In this document: in pieces, positions 45,774-55,403 of the stretch
How positions within the stretch are numbered: position 1 is the stretch's first letter
How the letters are laid out: every line of letters begins with the position of its first letter
Assembly: GCA_019634625.1 (NCBI GenBank)
Contig: JAHCBA010000002.1
Coordinates: 78,114-142,113 of the forward strand
DNA length: 64,000 nt
Direction of reading: 5' to 3'
Source: Verrucomicrobiia bacterium
Lineage (GTDB): Bacteria > Verrucomicrobiota > Verrucomicrobiia > Limisphaerales > CAIMTB01
The notes under the pieces: model-generated
The model's input: only the letters and a program-made list of their open reading frames with translations
What the model was told of the DNA's origin: nothing
Databases searched by the model: none
Position numbers and translations under genes: made by a program

Positions 45774-48700
45774 TCATGGTTCGACTTCAACGAGCAGAAA
45801 TCCGTGGGGCTCCGTTCCCGGAGGCGACGTCCAGGACGTGACCGCACCGGAGGCAGTAAGTCCCGTGACCATGGGCGTGCCGAACGGACCGGCACCGGTG
45901 AGCGACGATGACCGGCGAACGGCATAGCGTTTTCCGGGCACGCTGGACCAGGTCACGATCAGTGCCCGCCCATCGGGTCCGCGGGTGACCGACAAGAGGC
46001 GAAGCAGCGAATCGGCCCGGGTCGGATCCGTGCCGGCCACATACTCAAAGCGGTCCAGGAAGCCGTCGCCGTCCGCATCCGAGGTGGCAGTCAGCACGAG
46101 GCCATGCTGCTGAATCCAGGAATCGGGGATGTTCCAGGGGTTGGCTTCGGCCCACGGGCGAACGGGATGCAGGGTTACGAGGACTTCGGCTGGAGACCCC
46201 AGCCGGGCGGTTCCCCCCGGATCGGATAGCCGAACCGTGAAGGTGCGGGGTTCCAGTCCCAACCGATCCCGATGCAGGGGAATCCGAATCTCGGCGACGG
46301 ACTGTCCGCCGGCTAAGGTCACCTGTCCCTGGACCGCCTCGAAGTCGGTGCCGGCGCGGGCGGTGCCCTCGAAGGTGGCAAAAGGGACAGCCACAGCAGT
46401 GGCCAGTCCGACCGTTCGCCTCAGGGTGAGGCGACATTCCCCGTCGGCCATGTGGACGACCGCCGTCGGCGCCGGGAACTGGATCTGCCCGACGACCGTG
46501 GGGTGAACCATTTCGTAGGCACCGAGATCCGCGCCGGGGAAGCCGTCGGCGTCGCCATCGAGCGGGCGCGGCAGGCCATCCGCGTCGTTCTCGGGGGCGA
46601 ACGCTGGATCTCCTGCGTCGATGCACAGCGAGCCGGGTTGGAGTCGAAAATCGCCATCGAGGGAGCGGAAGCGGGGATCGACGGACAGGTCCGAAGGATG
46701 GAACAAGGGAGCGCCGGGGATGCCGAAGGCGCCAACGGTTTGGTAGTCGCGGTCCTGGTTGGCGAAGACGTTGTTACGGACGAGAAGGGGGCTGACCGGG
46801 CTGGCCTGACGATTGAAGAGGCCGCTGCTGTTGTGGGCGATGATGTTGTTCGCCAGCACGAGGGTGGGGTGGGCAAGGAGATACAGGTGGATGCCGCCTC
46901 CGAAATTGAGACCGAAGAATTCCGCGGTGTTGCCGAGGATGGAGTTGTGGGCGACCAGGAGGGTTCCTCCGCCGTCCTCGCCGCCGGTGAGGGACATGCC
47001 TCCCCCGTAGCCGCCTCCTTCGAGGGTCCCGCTTCGGTTGAGCAGGACGAGGTTGTTGACGATGCGACCGGCACAGAAGAGGACATGGAGACCGGCTCCC
47101 TCGTGCGAGGTCACATTTCGCAGAATCCGATTGCGGGCGACTTCGAGGCGGTCGGCCAGGGTCCAGCCCAGACCGCGGCTGTTCCAGAGGGAGATGCCCT
47201 TGCCTGAATTGTCGGCGATTTCGCAATCAAGAATCCGAGGCTGGCTGAACGAGGCGAAGAGGCCGCCGCCATCCGAGGCCGCATTCCGGGCAAGGACACA
47301 CCGCTCGATCGTTCCAAGGGAGCGGTCCAGGTGGATGCCGCCCCCGAGGCCGCGTCCATCGGCGCCGGCGGCGTTGTCGGTAAGCCGGCAATCGGTGATC
47401 CAGGGGTCGGCCCCGAAACCGCCAATGGCGCCGCCCAGGTTGGCGACGTTGCCCGTCACGGTGCATCCGGCGATGCGCGGTCCGGAGTAGTAGCACTCCA
47501 TGCCGCCCCCCTGGTCGGAGGGTCCGCCAGTCAACCGGCCGCCTTGAACGCGGAATCCATCCACCGTGTGGACTCGATGGCCACCCCAGATGAGCAGGAC
47601 CCGATTGCGGGAAGTTCCGTCGATGACCGTCGCGTGCGCGTCCGGATTGCGCTCTGCCCGCGTGATCTCGCCTCCGACGAAGCCCCCGTAAAGATGCACA
47701 TGGGGCGGGAGAACCAGATTTTCGCGGTAGGTGCCGGCAGCCACCCAGATCTCGCCACCCCCAATCCCGGGAGCCGCATCCAGAGCGGCCTCATGCAGGG
47801 CGGCGATGGCAGCTGCAATCGTCCGCTTCGCGCCCGTCCAGGACGCACCGTCGCGAAGATCGTCGCCCGAAGGATGCACGCGCAGAACCCGGAGCAAGGG
47901 GACGCGGACGTTCCCGTCCCATTCCTCGGCCCCGATGTCGACCCGCCCGCCCCGGATCCGTGGCTGGCCATGGAGATCCCGCCAGTCGGACGCCACAGCC
48001 GAGTCATCCCCCGCCTGGATGCAGGGCGAGGTGGCGGTCAGGCGATAGTCCCCGTGGGAAAAGCCCGCGAAGCGGGGATCGAAGGAGAGATTCCCGTCCT
48101 GCCCGGTGAGATCGGCGAGACCGTCGTAGTCGAGTTGATTGCCATGCAACAGGTTGTGGGAGGCGGTGACGGGTCCGCCTGGCGAATCGATCGAACGGGA
48201 AAGCCCGGCGGCATTGAAGGCAATGAGATTATTGGCGATTCGGATGGAACGGACACCGAGCCAGCGGAGGGCGGGACCGCTGTTCCCGGCCAGGGTGTTG
48301 TTGATGACCTGAGGATGGTCGCGGGCACCGCCCACCAGGAGAATCCCGCCGGCCTGCCAGCCGCTATTGGCGACGATGAGGTTGTTGGCCACCACCTCCG
48401 CCATGCCGTCATTCACGCAGGCAATGGCGCCGCCCCCCAGACTGCGATCTCCCAGCGGGGGTTGGGTGGCGATGTTCTCCGCCAGGATGTTGTTCAGGAT
48501 TCGCGGGGCACTGGGCACCACCACCTGCCCGTCCTCCGAGACGAAGATGTCGCGGGCCACGATACCGCCCCCGTTCTCGCCCGCCTGGTTCCGGGCGATG
48601 AGGTTGCCCACGATCCAAGGGGACGAACCCAGATTGCCACGACGCCCGGCCATGCAGGCGATGCCCCCGCCGTCCGCGTCGTCGCCCTCGGCCCGGTTTC

Positions 48701-49268
48701 CCAGGATGCGGTTATTCAGAATCACCGGGTTGGCACCGTTGTAGCAGCAGATTCCGCCGCCGGGTCCCAGCGAGACGTTCCCGGTGATGAGATTGTTGGC
48801 GAGGGTGGGGGAGGTGGCGGTGCACGCGATCCCGCCGCCCAGGACGCCACGGCCGTTCCGCACCACGAAGCCGTCCAGGCGCGTCGCCGGCGTGGCGCCT
48901 GCACTTTCGCATCGCACGACCGTACCCGCCGCTTCTCCATCGAGGATGGTGAGGTGGCGGTTGAAATCGCGTTGGTCGCGAGCTGTCTCGGTTCCCTCGA
49001 AGCCGCCGTAGAGGGCCACCTCATTCTGCAGAGCGATCCGCTCGAAATAGATCCCCGCCGCCACCCAAACCTCGTCGCCTTCACTGGACTGGGCCAACGC
49101 CGCCGCCACGGACCGCTTCGCCGAAGTCCAGGAACTGCCGGATGCCGCATCCGAACCCGTGGACCGAACATGCCAGATGGCGGCCGACGCCGAGGGAACG
49201 AGGAGCACGATCCCCAACCACCATGCCGACCATCGCACGCCACAGCGACCTCGCATGGCTGACCTCAC
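45774..49268 (-). CDS. Giant right-handed parallel beta-helix repeat protein with Calx-beta-like domain and TSP3-like C-terminal module
   Basis: Two similar head modules (WHVRSTGSDAASGSSWTSAKRSV..EVWVAAGIY and RVHPSGDDLRDGASWTGAKRTI..EIWVAAGTY). Many GGGI/NN.I beta-helix turns. GTARAGTDFEAVQGQVTLAGGQSVAEIRIPL is the Calx-beta-like part. DADGDGFLDRFEYVAGTDPTRAD. Confidence 0.8.
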   Translation of the reverse strand: MRSAMRGRCGVRWSAWWLGIVLLVPSASAAIWHVRSTGSDAASGSSWTSAKRSVAAALAQSSEGDEVWVAAGIYFERIALQNEVALYGGFEGTETARDQRDFNRHLTILDGEAAGTVVRCESAGATPATRLDGFVVRNGRGVLGGGIACTATSPTLANNLITGNVSLGPGGGICCYNGANPVILNNRILGNRAEGDDADGGGIACMAGRRGNLGSSPWIVGNLIARNQAGENGGGIVARDIFVSEDGQVVVPSAPRILNNILAENIATQPPLGDRSLGGGAIACVNDGMAEVVANNLIVANSGWQAGGILLVGGARDHPQVINNTLAGNSGPALRWLGVRSIRIANNLIAFNAAGLSRSIDSPGGPVTASHNLLHGNQLDYDGLADLTGQDGNLSFDPRFAGFSHGDYRLTATSPCIQAGDDSAVASDWRDLHGQPRIRGGRVDIGAEEWDGNVRVPLLRVLRVHPSGDDLRDGASWTGAKRTIAAAIAALHEAALDAAPGIGGGEIWVAAGTYRENLVLPPHVHLYGGFVGGEITRAERNPDAHATVIDGTSRNRVLLIWGGHRVHTVDGFRVQGGRLTGGPSDQGGGMECYYSGPRIAGCTVTGNVANLGGAIGGFGADPWITDCRLTDNAAGADGRGLGGGIHLDRSLGTIERCVLARNAASDGGGLFASFSQPRILDCEIADNSGKGISLWNSRGLGWTLADRLEVARNRILRNVTSHEGAGLHVLFCAGRIVNNLVLLNRSGTLEGGGYGGGMSLTGGEDGGGTLLVAHNSILGNTAEFFGLNFGGGIHLYLLAHPTLVLANNIIAHNSSGLFNRQASPVSPLLVRNNVFANQDRDYQTVGAFGIPGAPLFHPSDLSVDPRFRSLDGDFRLQPGSLCIDAGDPAFAPENDADGLPRPLDGDADGFPGADLGAYEMVHPTVVGQIQFPAPTAVVHMADGECRLTLRRTVGLATAVAVPFATFEGTARAGTDFEAVQGQVTLAGGQSVAEIRIPLHRDRLGLEPRTFTVRLSDPGGTARLGSPAEVLVTLHPVRPWAEANPWNIPDSWIQQHGLVLTATSDADGDGFLDRFEYVAGTDPTRADSLLRLLSVTRGPDGRALIVTWSSVPGKRYAVRRSSSLTGAGPFGTPMVTGLTASGAVTSWTSPPGTEPHGFLLVEVEP

Positions 49269-49516
49269 ACCTGCGCATCCTCCGCGGTCTGCGAGATTTT
49301 GCTACGCAAAATTTGCTAAGGTATTGACCGGACTTGCCCTTGCCCTGGTCATCAATTCCTCTTCCTGCCCTCCTGTCCTGAGCCGGTACACCCCCCAAAG
49401 GCGTGTCAATTTCTATATGCCAGTCCTATAGTAGTTTGGAGCAGCCCAGAACCTCCCTGCGGGCGCCTTGGTTCTGCCGGCTTGCCCGGATCCGGGTAAG
49501 GGCGAGAGTGAGGGCC

Positions 49517-50056
49517 ATGACGACAACCCTTCGATGGCTGGCTTTGGCAGGCGCAGCGCTGGTGCTCAATGGTCCGGTGGCTTGGCCGAAGGATGAGCCG
49601 ACGCTTTCGGAACAGGTGGGGACGGCTCTTGCCTCGTTTCAACGGGCCGACTCCACCTTGGCGGAGAGGTTGACAGGAGCGGTCGGCTACGCGGTGTTCC
49701 CGTCGGTTGGAAAGGGCGGGCTCGTATTCGGGGGTGCCCGGGGGACGGGGCAGGCGTTCGAGCAGGGGCGATTGATTGGGGAGGTTGTGCTGACGCAGGT
49801 GACCTTCGGGTTGCAGGTCGGCGGCCAAGCGTTCGCCCAACTGGTGCTGTTCGAGGATTCGGCGGCGCTGGACCGACTCAAAGAGAGCAAACTCGAGATG
49901 AGCGCCCAGATCGGGGCCGTAGCTGCCGCAGAGGGCGCCGCCAAGAACGCACGGTACGTCGAGGGGGTCCTGATTTTCACGCGTCCCCTGACAGGATTGA
50001 TGGCGGAGGCCACCGTGGGAGGGCAGCGGTTCCGCTTTCGATCTGAAAAGCCTTGA
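49517..50056 (+). CDS. SYLF (DUF500/Ysc84-like) lipid-binding domain protein, secreted
   Basis: Internal ATG at 49517 with signal MTTTLRWLALAGAALVL. AVGYAVFPSVGKGGLVFGGARGTGQAF and GLQVGGQAF are typical SYLF blocks. Confidence 0.75.
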   Translation: MTTTLRWLALAGAALVLNGPVAWPKDEPTLSEQVGTALASFQRADSTLAERLTGAVGYAVFPSVGKGGLVFGGARGTGQAFEQGRLIGEVVLTQVTFGLQVGGQAFAQLVLFEDSAALDRLKESKLEMSAQIGAVAAAEGAAKNARYVEGVLIFTRPLTGLMAEATVGGQRFRFRSEKP

Positions 50057-50170
50057 GGACGCACGGCGCCCGCCGTTCCGGCAGCCCTTCTGAAAGGCGT
50101 CGGCTGCTCGTTGAGAACTTGGGGAGACTCCGGGTTGGCACCGGGCAAAAAGTCCGGTTTCAATCGGTGC

Positions 50171-51235
50171 GTGGATCTGCACGTTGAGCCATTCGATCTC
50201 CATCTCGCCCATCGCTGGGCCATTGCCAGTCGCACCGGTCCCGGCGGGGGAGACGGCACCGACACCTTCCCGGTGGTGCTGGTTCGCATACGGGATGCGG
50301 ATGGAATCGAGGGCTGGGGCGAAAGTGCTCCTTCCACGCGCTATGGCGAGTCGCCGGAGTCGGTCCGGGAAGTCCTGAAGACGGTGGATGGCACCCGGTT
50401 GTCGTGGGACGACCTCGAGGCGAGCCGGGCCTACTTGCAGGAACTGGGGCCGGAATCTCCCGCGGCGCGGTGCGCTCTGGATATCGCGCTACTCGACGGG
50501 GCGGCCCGGAAGGCGCGCCAGGCGGTGCATACTTTTCTGGGGGTTCCGTTCACCGAGGGCCGGCACGTGACGTCCTTCAGCATCGGCCTCGATACCCCGG
50601 AGGTGATCCGCGCCAAAGTCCTGGAGGCGGAACCGTATCCGATCCTCAAACTAAAGCTGGGGAGCGCCTCCGACCGCGAAAACCTCGCCGCTCTCCGCTC
50701 GGCGGCCCCGGAAAAGCCGGTCCGTGTGGATGCCAACGAGGCCTGGAAAACGCGGGAGCATGCGCTGCGCGAACTCGAATGGCTGGCCACCGACGGGCGC
50801 ATTGAATTCGTTGAACAGCCGATGCCGGCCGGCACGCCCCGTGCCGACCGGGAATGGCTTCACGCCCGCTCTCCGATTCCGCTGATGGCGGATGAATCGT
50901 ACCGGGACGCCTCGGATCTGCCAGCGGTGCTCGGATGTTTCGCTTCGGTGAACGTGAAGCTGGTGAAGACCGGAGGCATCACTGGCGCCCACGCCGCCCT
51001 TCAAGCGGCCCGCAATGCCGGACTGAAGACGATGCTCGGCTGCATGATCGAGAGCAGCGTCCTGATCGCCGCAGCGGCGCACCTGGCGGACCTCACGGAT
51101 TACCTGGACCTCGACGGGAATCTTCTGGTGACCAACGACCCATTTCAAGGCCTCACGGCAAACGCCGGGGTGTTGTCATGGGCCGACGCATCCGAGGTTC
51201 ACGGCCTGCGGGTGACGCGCCGGGCGGGGACCTGA
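50171..51235 (+). CDS. Dipeptide epimerase (L-Ala-D/L-Glu epimerase-like), enolase superfamily
   Basis: ILKLKLG, VRVDANEAW, FVEQP, LMADES, VNVKLVKTGGI and GCMIES. The start is uncertain (GTG 50171 preferred; the ORF-track TTG is at 50111). Confidence 0.8.
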   Translation: MDLHVEPFDLHLAHRWAIASRTGPGGGDGTDTFPVVLVRIRDADGIEGWGESAPSTRYGESPESVREVLKTVDGTRLSWDDLEASRAYLQELGPESPAARCALDIALLDGAARKARQAVHTFLGVPFTEGRHVTSFSIGLDTPEVIRAKVLEAEPYPILKLKLGSASDRENLAALRSAAPEKPVRVDANEAWKTREHALRELEWLATDGRIEFVEQPMPAGTPRADREWLHARSPIPLMADESYRDASDLPAVLGCFASVNVKLVKTGGITGAHAALQAARNAGLKTMLGCMIESSVLIAAAAHLADLTDYLDLDGNLLVTNDPFQGLTANAGVLSWADASEVHGLRVTRRAGT

Positions 51236-51299
51236 TATTGCCCAACCCGCCCGGCCGAAGTCGAGACAACCATACCCCCTTGGACACGCATTAACCGGC

Positions 51300-51480
51300 C
51301 ATTGCGGTCAACAATTAAGAGTCAGACAAATTGCTGTCTTTTATTGTGTCAGTCTAATTTTTATTGTCATTGTCAGCGTCAATTTCTTTGAGTCAGTTTT
51401 ATTATTTATTCTAGTCTAGTGGCAGGCTTAGTTTTGTTGTCGGCGTCAAGCGTCAATAACTTTGCGTCAGCCTTATTACT
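51300..51480. repeat. AT-rich island with GTCAG iteron-like array
   Basis: GTCAG occurs at 51321, 51348, 51372, 51392 and 51466, plus the variants GGCAGGC at 51421 and GTCAAG/GTCAAT at 51445/51452. Each is followed by a T-rich ATT..TTG tract. The island lies between convergent genes. Confidence 0.8.
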
Positions 51481-51611
51481 TCGTTGCCCATCGGTCGCGC
51501 AGTTGGCGTTTGGGATCCCCTTCTTCAGCCGTGCTGGGAGCGGTGCTTGGTGCCCACTCTCCAGCGTGCACTGGCTCACCGGCCCCGTTTGGCGTTTGGC
51601 GCGGGAATGGA

Positions 51612-53807
51612 TCAGGGAAGGGCGAAGCACCAGTAGGCGTCGCCGGGTCGGGTGCCCGGTTTGCCGGCGCCGCCAGCAGCGATCACCACGTATTGCCGGT
51701 CCCCAACCTGGTACGTCGCAGGTGTCGCGTAGCCTCCTGCATCGAGTTGAAAGGTCCAGAGCACATCGCCGGTGCGAGAGTCGAAGGCCCGGAATCGCTC
51801 GTCCATGGTCGCCGCGATGAACACCAGGCCCCCGGCCGTCGCGATCGGGCCGCCGATATTGAAAGTGCCCGTCGGCGGCATGCCGCGTCTTTCCAGTTCG
51901 GGATAAGTGCCCAGCGGCACTTGCCAGGCGATTCGACCGCGATTCAGGTCCACCGCGGTGAGGGTTCCCCAAGGCGGACGGGTGGCAGGGAAACCATCGG
52001 GATCGCGGAGTTCAGGGTGCCCGTTGGCCAGCCAGGGGATGCGGTTGGCCCAGGCGGCCTGGGTCGAATCGAGAGGCACCGTCTCACCCCCACGTTCACC
52101 GAAGAGGTAGGTCGCCACGGCGTCCCGTTCGAGGTCTGAGAGGTTGGCGAACGACGGCATCTGGCCGCGGCCCGACAGGAGGAGGTCGATCAGTGCCTCG
52201 CGCGAAAGCCGCTCCCGGACGTCCCGCAACGAAACCGAGCCGGGAAGGTCCGGACGGCCTCCGCCATGACATTGAGCACAAAGCGCTCGGTGCAGGTGGT
52301 TCCCCAGTTCATACCGGGTGAGGGCCTCCTTCGGCCGGGCGGGGAACATCTGGATCCATTCGGGCTCGTTGCTGGCGTTGACGTAGAGCCAGCCGTGCGG
52401 TGGATCAACGGCCGCGCCGCCCCATTCGCCGCCGCCGTTGAACTGCGGCATCACCACGGTGGGCCGTGTCGAGGGTGGGGTGAAGAGCCCCTGGGACCGC
52501 ATTTCCCTCAGGCGATTGCGGACAGCAGCCCTAGCTTCCGGGGAGCGTGTCGTGACGTCGTCCTCGCTCATCCCCTGGTGGGCAAACGGTGGGGGTCGCA
52601 CCGGGAATGGCTGGGTGGGCCAGCCGACTTCGCCAGGAACGTCGGAGGCGGGTACGGGGCGTTCTTCCACTGGGAAGAGTGGCCGGCCGGTCACGCGATC
52701 GAAGACGAACAGATGGCCCATCTTGGTGATCTGCGCCGCGGCGTCGATCCGGCGGAATCCGCGGCGCAGCGTCAACAGAACCGGAGGGCAGGGGAGGTCG
52801 TAGTCCCAAAGGTCATGATGAACCGTCTGAAAGTGCCAGCGGCGTTCCCCGGTGGCTGCGTCGAGGGCGAGGGTGCAGTTGGCGAACAGGTTCATACCGG
52901 GCCGATCGCCGCCGTAATGGTCGGAATTGGCCGATCCGGTGCCGGCGTAGACGATGGCCCGGTGGACATCCAGCGTGAGGCCACCCCAGGCGTTGGCGCC
53001 GCCGTTGATCTGCCAGTTGTCGGGGCCCCAGGTCTCGTACCCGTATTCGCCCGGGTGCGGGAGGGTGTGGAAGATCCAGCGTCGTTCGCCGGTCCGGACA
53101 TCGAAGGCCCGGATATGACCCGGAGCCGTCGGCGGCAAGGTGTCGGGGATTGACGATCCCATGATCAACAGATCGCGAAAGACCACCCCGGGTGTCGGGG
53201 CGAGCACCGGGAGGTCGAAGGCGTCCTGGTCAAGGCCCTGGCGCAAGTCGATGAATCCGCCTGGCCCGAATTCGGGAACAGGTTCGCCGGAGTCGGCACG
53301 GAGGGCGAACAGGCGCGGACCGGCGGCAAAGAAGAGCCGGCGTTCGTGGCCTTCACCCCACCAAGCCAGACCGCGGTTCACTCCGCTCCCGGGACGGCCG
53401 GCCCACGGATCGAACACCCAGCGTTCGCGCCCGGTATCCGCGTCGAGGGCGAACACCTTCATCCCGGGAGTCGTACCGTAGAGGATGCCGTCAAGGATCA
53501 GCGGATTGCATTGAATGGTGGTCGGGGGCCGATCGCGCCGATCGTCGCAGCGGTACACCCAGACCGGGCGCAACCGGGCGACATTGCGCCGGTGAATCTG
53601 GCGGAGGCTGGAGTAATGGGTCCCGGCGGCGTCGCCGTGGTACACCGCCCAATCGCGCCCCGCCTGCGCTCCAGCCTCCCAACCCCAAGTAATCCACAGA
53701 AGTGAGGCTCCCACCCGAAGCGCGCCCCAGGCGCGTCCCCACCCGGCGGCGCCCTGAACCTCCACAGTCAGGCGGGGTTCGGGGTGGAGCGGTCGAGGGA
53801 TCGCCAC
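51612..53807 (-). CDS. PQQ-dependent dehydrogenase (glucose/quinate-type beta-propeller) with an embedded c-type cytochrome domain
   Basis: DWAVYHGDAAGTHYSSL and repeated W-containing propeller blades. Heme site CAQCH at nt ~52265-52279 (about aa 510). About 220 aa of propeller follow (AVDLNRGRIAWQVPLG, DSRTGDVLWTFQL). Confidence 0.8.
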   Translation of the reverse strand: MAIPRPLHPEPRLTVEVQGAAGWGRAWGALRVGASLLWITWGWEAGAQAGRDWAVYHGDAAGTHYSSLRQIHRRNVARLRPVWVYRCDDRRDRPPTTIQCNPLILDGILYGTTPGMKVFALDADTGRERWVFDPWAGRPGSGVNRGLAWWGEGHERRLFFAAGPRLFALRADSGEPVPEFGPGGFIDLRQGLDQDAFDLPVLAPTPGVVFRDLLIMGSSIPDTLPPTAPGHIRAFDVRTGERRWIFHTLPHPGEYGYETWGPDNWQINGGANAWGGLTLDVHRAIVYAGTGSANSDHYGGDRPGMNLFANCTLALDAATGERRWHFQTVHHDLWDYDLPCPPVLLTLRRGFRRIDAAAQITKMGHLFVFDRVTGRPLFPVEERPVPASDVPGEVGWPTQPFPVRPPPFAHQGMSEDDVTTRSPEARAAVRNRLREMRSQGLFTPPSTRPTVVMPQFNGGGEWGGAAVDPPHGWLYVNASNEPEWIQMFPARPKEALTRYELGNHLHRALCAQCHGGGRPDLPGSVSLRDVRERLSREALIDLLLSGRGQMPSFANLSDLERDAVATYLFGERGGETVPLDSTQAAWANRIPWLANGHPELRDPDGFPATRPPWGTLTAVDLNRGRIAWQVPLGTYPELERRGMPPTGTFNIGGPIATAGGLVFIAATMDERFRAFDSRTGDVLWTFQLDAGGYATPATYQVGDRQYVVIAAGGAGKPGTRPGDAYWCFALP

Positions 53808-54202
53808 GGCTCCTGGTCGCTCACATCCACGAGGAACGGACCCTTGGCGGCGGCCGGCGATAGAATTGCGAGGATCACCGCATCGTCCCCGGAACGGTTG
53901 AAGGTGGCGTGGACCACGCCGGCGGGGATGTGCGCGCTATCGCCCGGGCCGAGTCTGCGGGACGACGTCTCGACCCATTGCTCGACGTGGCCGGAGAGCA
54001 CGTAGATCACCTCCTCGAGTTCGGGATGGGTATGGAAGTTATGTCCTTTGCCCGGAGGCAGGGTGGCCTGGCAGATCTGGAGGCGCTCGGCCTCGACTAC
54101 TTCCGGGCGGCAGATCCAATAGTTGGTTCGACCCTTGAACTCCTCCTTCAAGGCATCGGCGAGGGTGACAAAACGGCGGGGGGCGGATGGGGTTGGATTC
54201 AT
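53768..54202 (-). CDS. Cupin-domain protein
   Basis: Internal ATG at 54202. GKGHNFHTHPELEEVIYVLSG...GDSAHIPAGVVH are the two cupin motifs. Confidence 0.8.
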   Translation of the reverse strand: MNPTPSAPRRFVTLADALKEEFKGRTNYWICRPEVVEAERLQICQATLPPGKGHNFHTHPELEEVIYVLSGHVEQWVETSSRRLGPGDSAHIPAGVVHATFNRSGDDAVILAILSPAAAKGPFLVDVSDQEPWRSLDRSTPNPA

Positions 54203-54299
54203 GGGGACCGTGGGGTTGTGGGACGCTGACAGGCATTGGCCTGATGCCGAGGAGAACGCATCCGCGTTTCGCACTCTGAGGCGGATGGCCGGCTCGCCT

Positions 54300-55232
54300 T
54301 CATCCCTTCCTCCGGGCGCTCTTGCGACCGGCGGGACGCGTCCTGGCCAGCGTCCTGGCTAGATTGGCCGAGGCCGGGGCCTTCAACGCCTTGAAGTCCC
54401 GGGTCAACTGGGTCAGGGACGCCTCGACGCCCATGCGTTCGAGGGAACTCGCGCCGACGAAGCCGACGGCGTCGGTGGTGCGCAGGATGCGTTCGGCGTC
54501 GGCGGGGGTGTTGATGGGTCCGCCGTGGGCAAGGAAGAGGATGTCCTTCCGCACGCGCCGGGCGGCCTCGATGATCTGCTGGGTGCGTTCGATGGCGAAA
54601 TCCCAGGTCACCACCGCGTTCTTCACCCCGATGCTGCCGCCGACGGTGGTGCCGACATGGGCGATGATGGCGTCGGCGCCGGCCTTGGCCATCTCGACGG
54701 CCTCCTGCGCCGTGGCCACATAGACCACGGAGAAGAGATCCATGCGTCGGGCCAGCGCCACCATCTCGAACTCCTTCTGGACGCTCATGCCGGTTTCCTC
54801 CAGCACACCGCGGAAATGGCCATCCACGATGGTGTGGGTGGGGAAGTTGTTCACTCCGCTGAAGCCCATCTCCTTGACCTTCAACAGCCAGTGCCACATG
54901 CGCCGACGCGGGTCGGTGGCATGGACCCCGCAGATGACCGGGATCTCGTCCACCACCGGCAGCACCTCGTACTCGCCGATCTCCATGGCGATGGCATTGG
55001 CGTCCCCGTAGGCCATCAGCCCGCAGGTCGAGCCATGCCCCATCATGCGGAAGCGCCCGCTGTTGTAGATGATCAGGAGGTCGGCACCGCCCTTCTCGAT
55101 GAACTTCGCGCTGATGCCCGTCCCGGCGCCGGCCGCGATGATGGCGTCGCCCTGGTCCAGGGTGGCGCGCAGGCGCTCGATCACTTCGGTTCGGGTGTAG
55201 GGATTGCCTCGGCCGGTCCAGGGATTAGGCAT
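54300..55232 (-). CDS. PEP-hydrolase-like TIM-barrel protein (UPF0261-partner family)
   Basis: Internal ATG at 55232. IIAAGAGTGISAKFIEKGGADLLIIYNSGRFRMMGHGS, FSGVNNFPT and AHVGTTVGG. Confidence 0.75.
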   Translation of the reverse strand: MPNPWTGRGNPYTRTEVIERLRATLDQGDAIIAAGAGTGISAKFIEKGGADLLIIYNSGRFRMMGHGSTCGLMAYGDANAIAMEIGEYEVLPVVDEIPVICGVHATDPRRRMWHWLLKVKEMGFSGVNNFPTHTIVDGHFRGVLEETGMSVQKEFEMVALARRMDLFSVVYVATAQEAVEMAKAGADAIIAHVGTTVGGSIGVKNAVVTWDFAIERTQQIIEAARRVRKDILFLAHGGPINTPADAERILRTTDAVGFVGASSLERMGVEASLTQLTRDFKALKAPASANLARTLARTRPAGRKSARRKG

Positions 55233-55403
55233 GACGGGTGTTGGGGTTGGTCGAACGCGCGAACGGGCCAAGGAGTGCCAGATCGCGCGGCACTTGTCAG
55301 CCTGTTGTCGTCTCGAATCCCGACAGCCAGGGATGTTTTGGGGGAGGTTGACAGTGGGATGGGAGTTCGGGCATGGTCCCGGTCTTTTCGCGACGTAGAT
55401 CGT

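Noticed and set aside
41091-49268. The two giant proteins as a toxin-delivery or polymorphic-toxin system.
   Set aside because: No recognisable toxin tip, immunity gene, or T5/T6/T7 secretion component lies nearby. The domains indicate proteases and adhesin-like beta-helices only.
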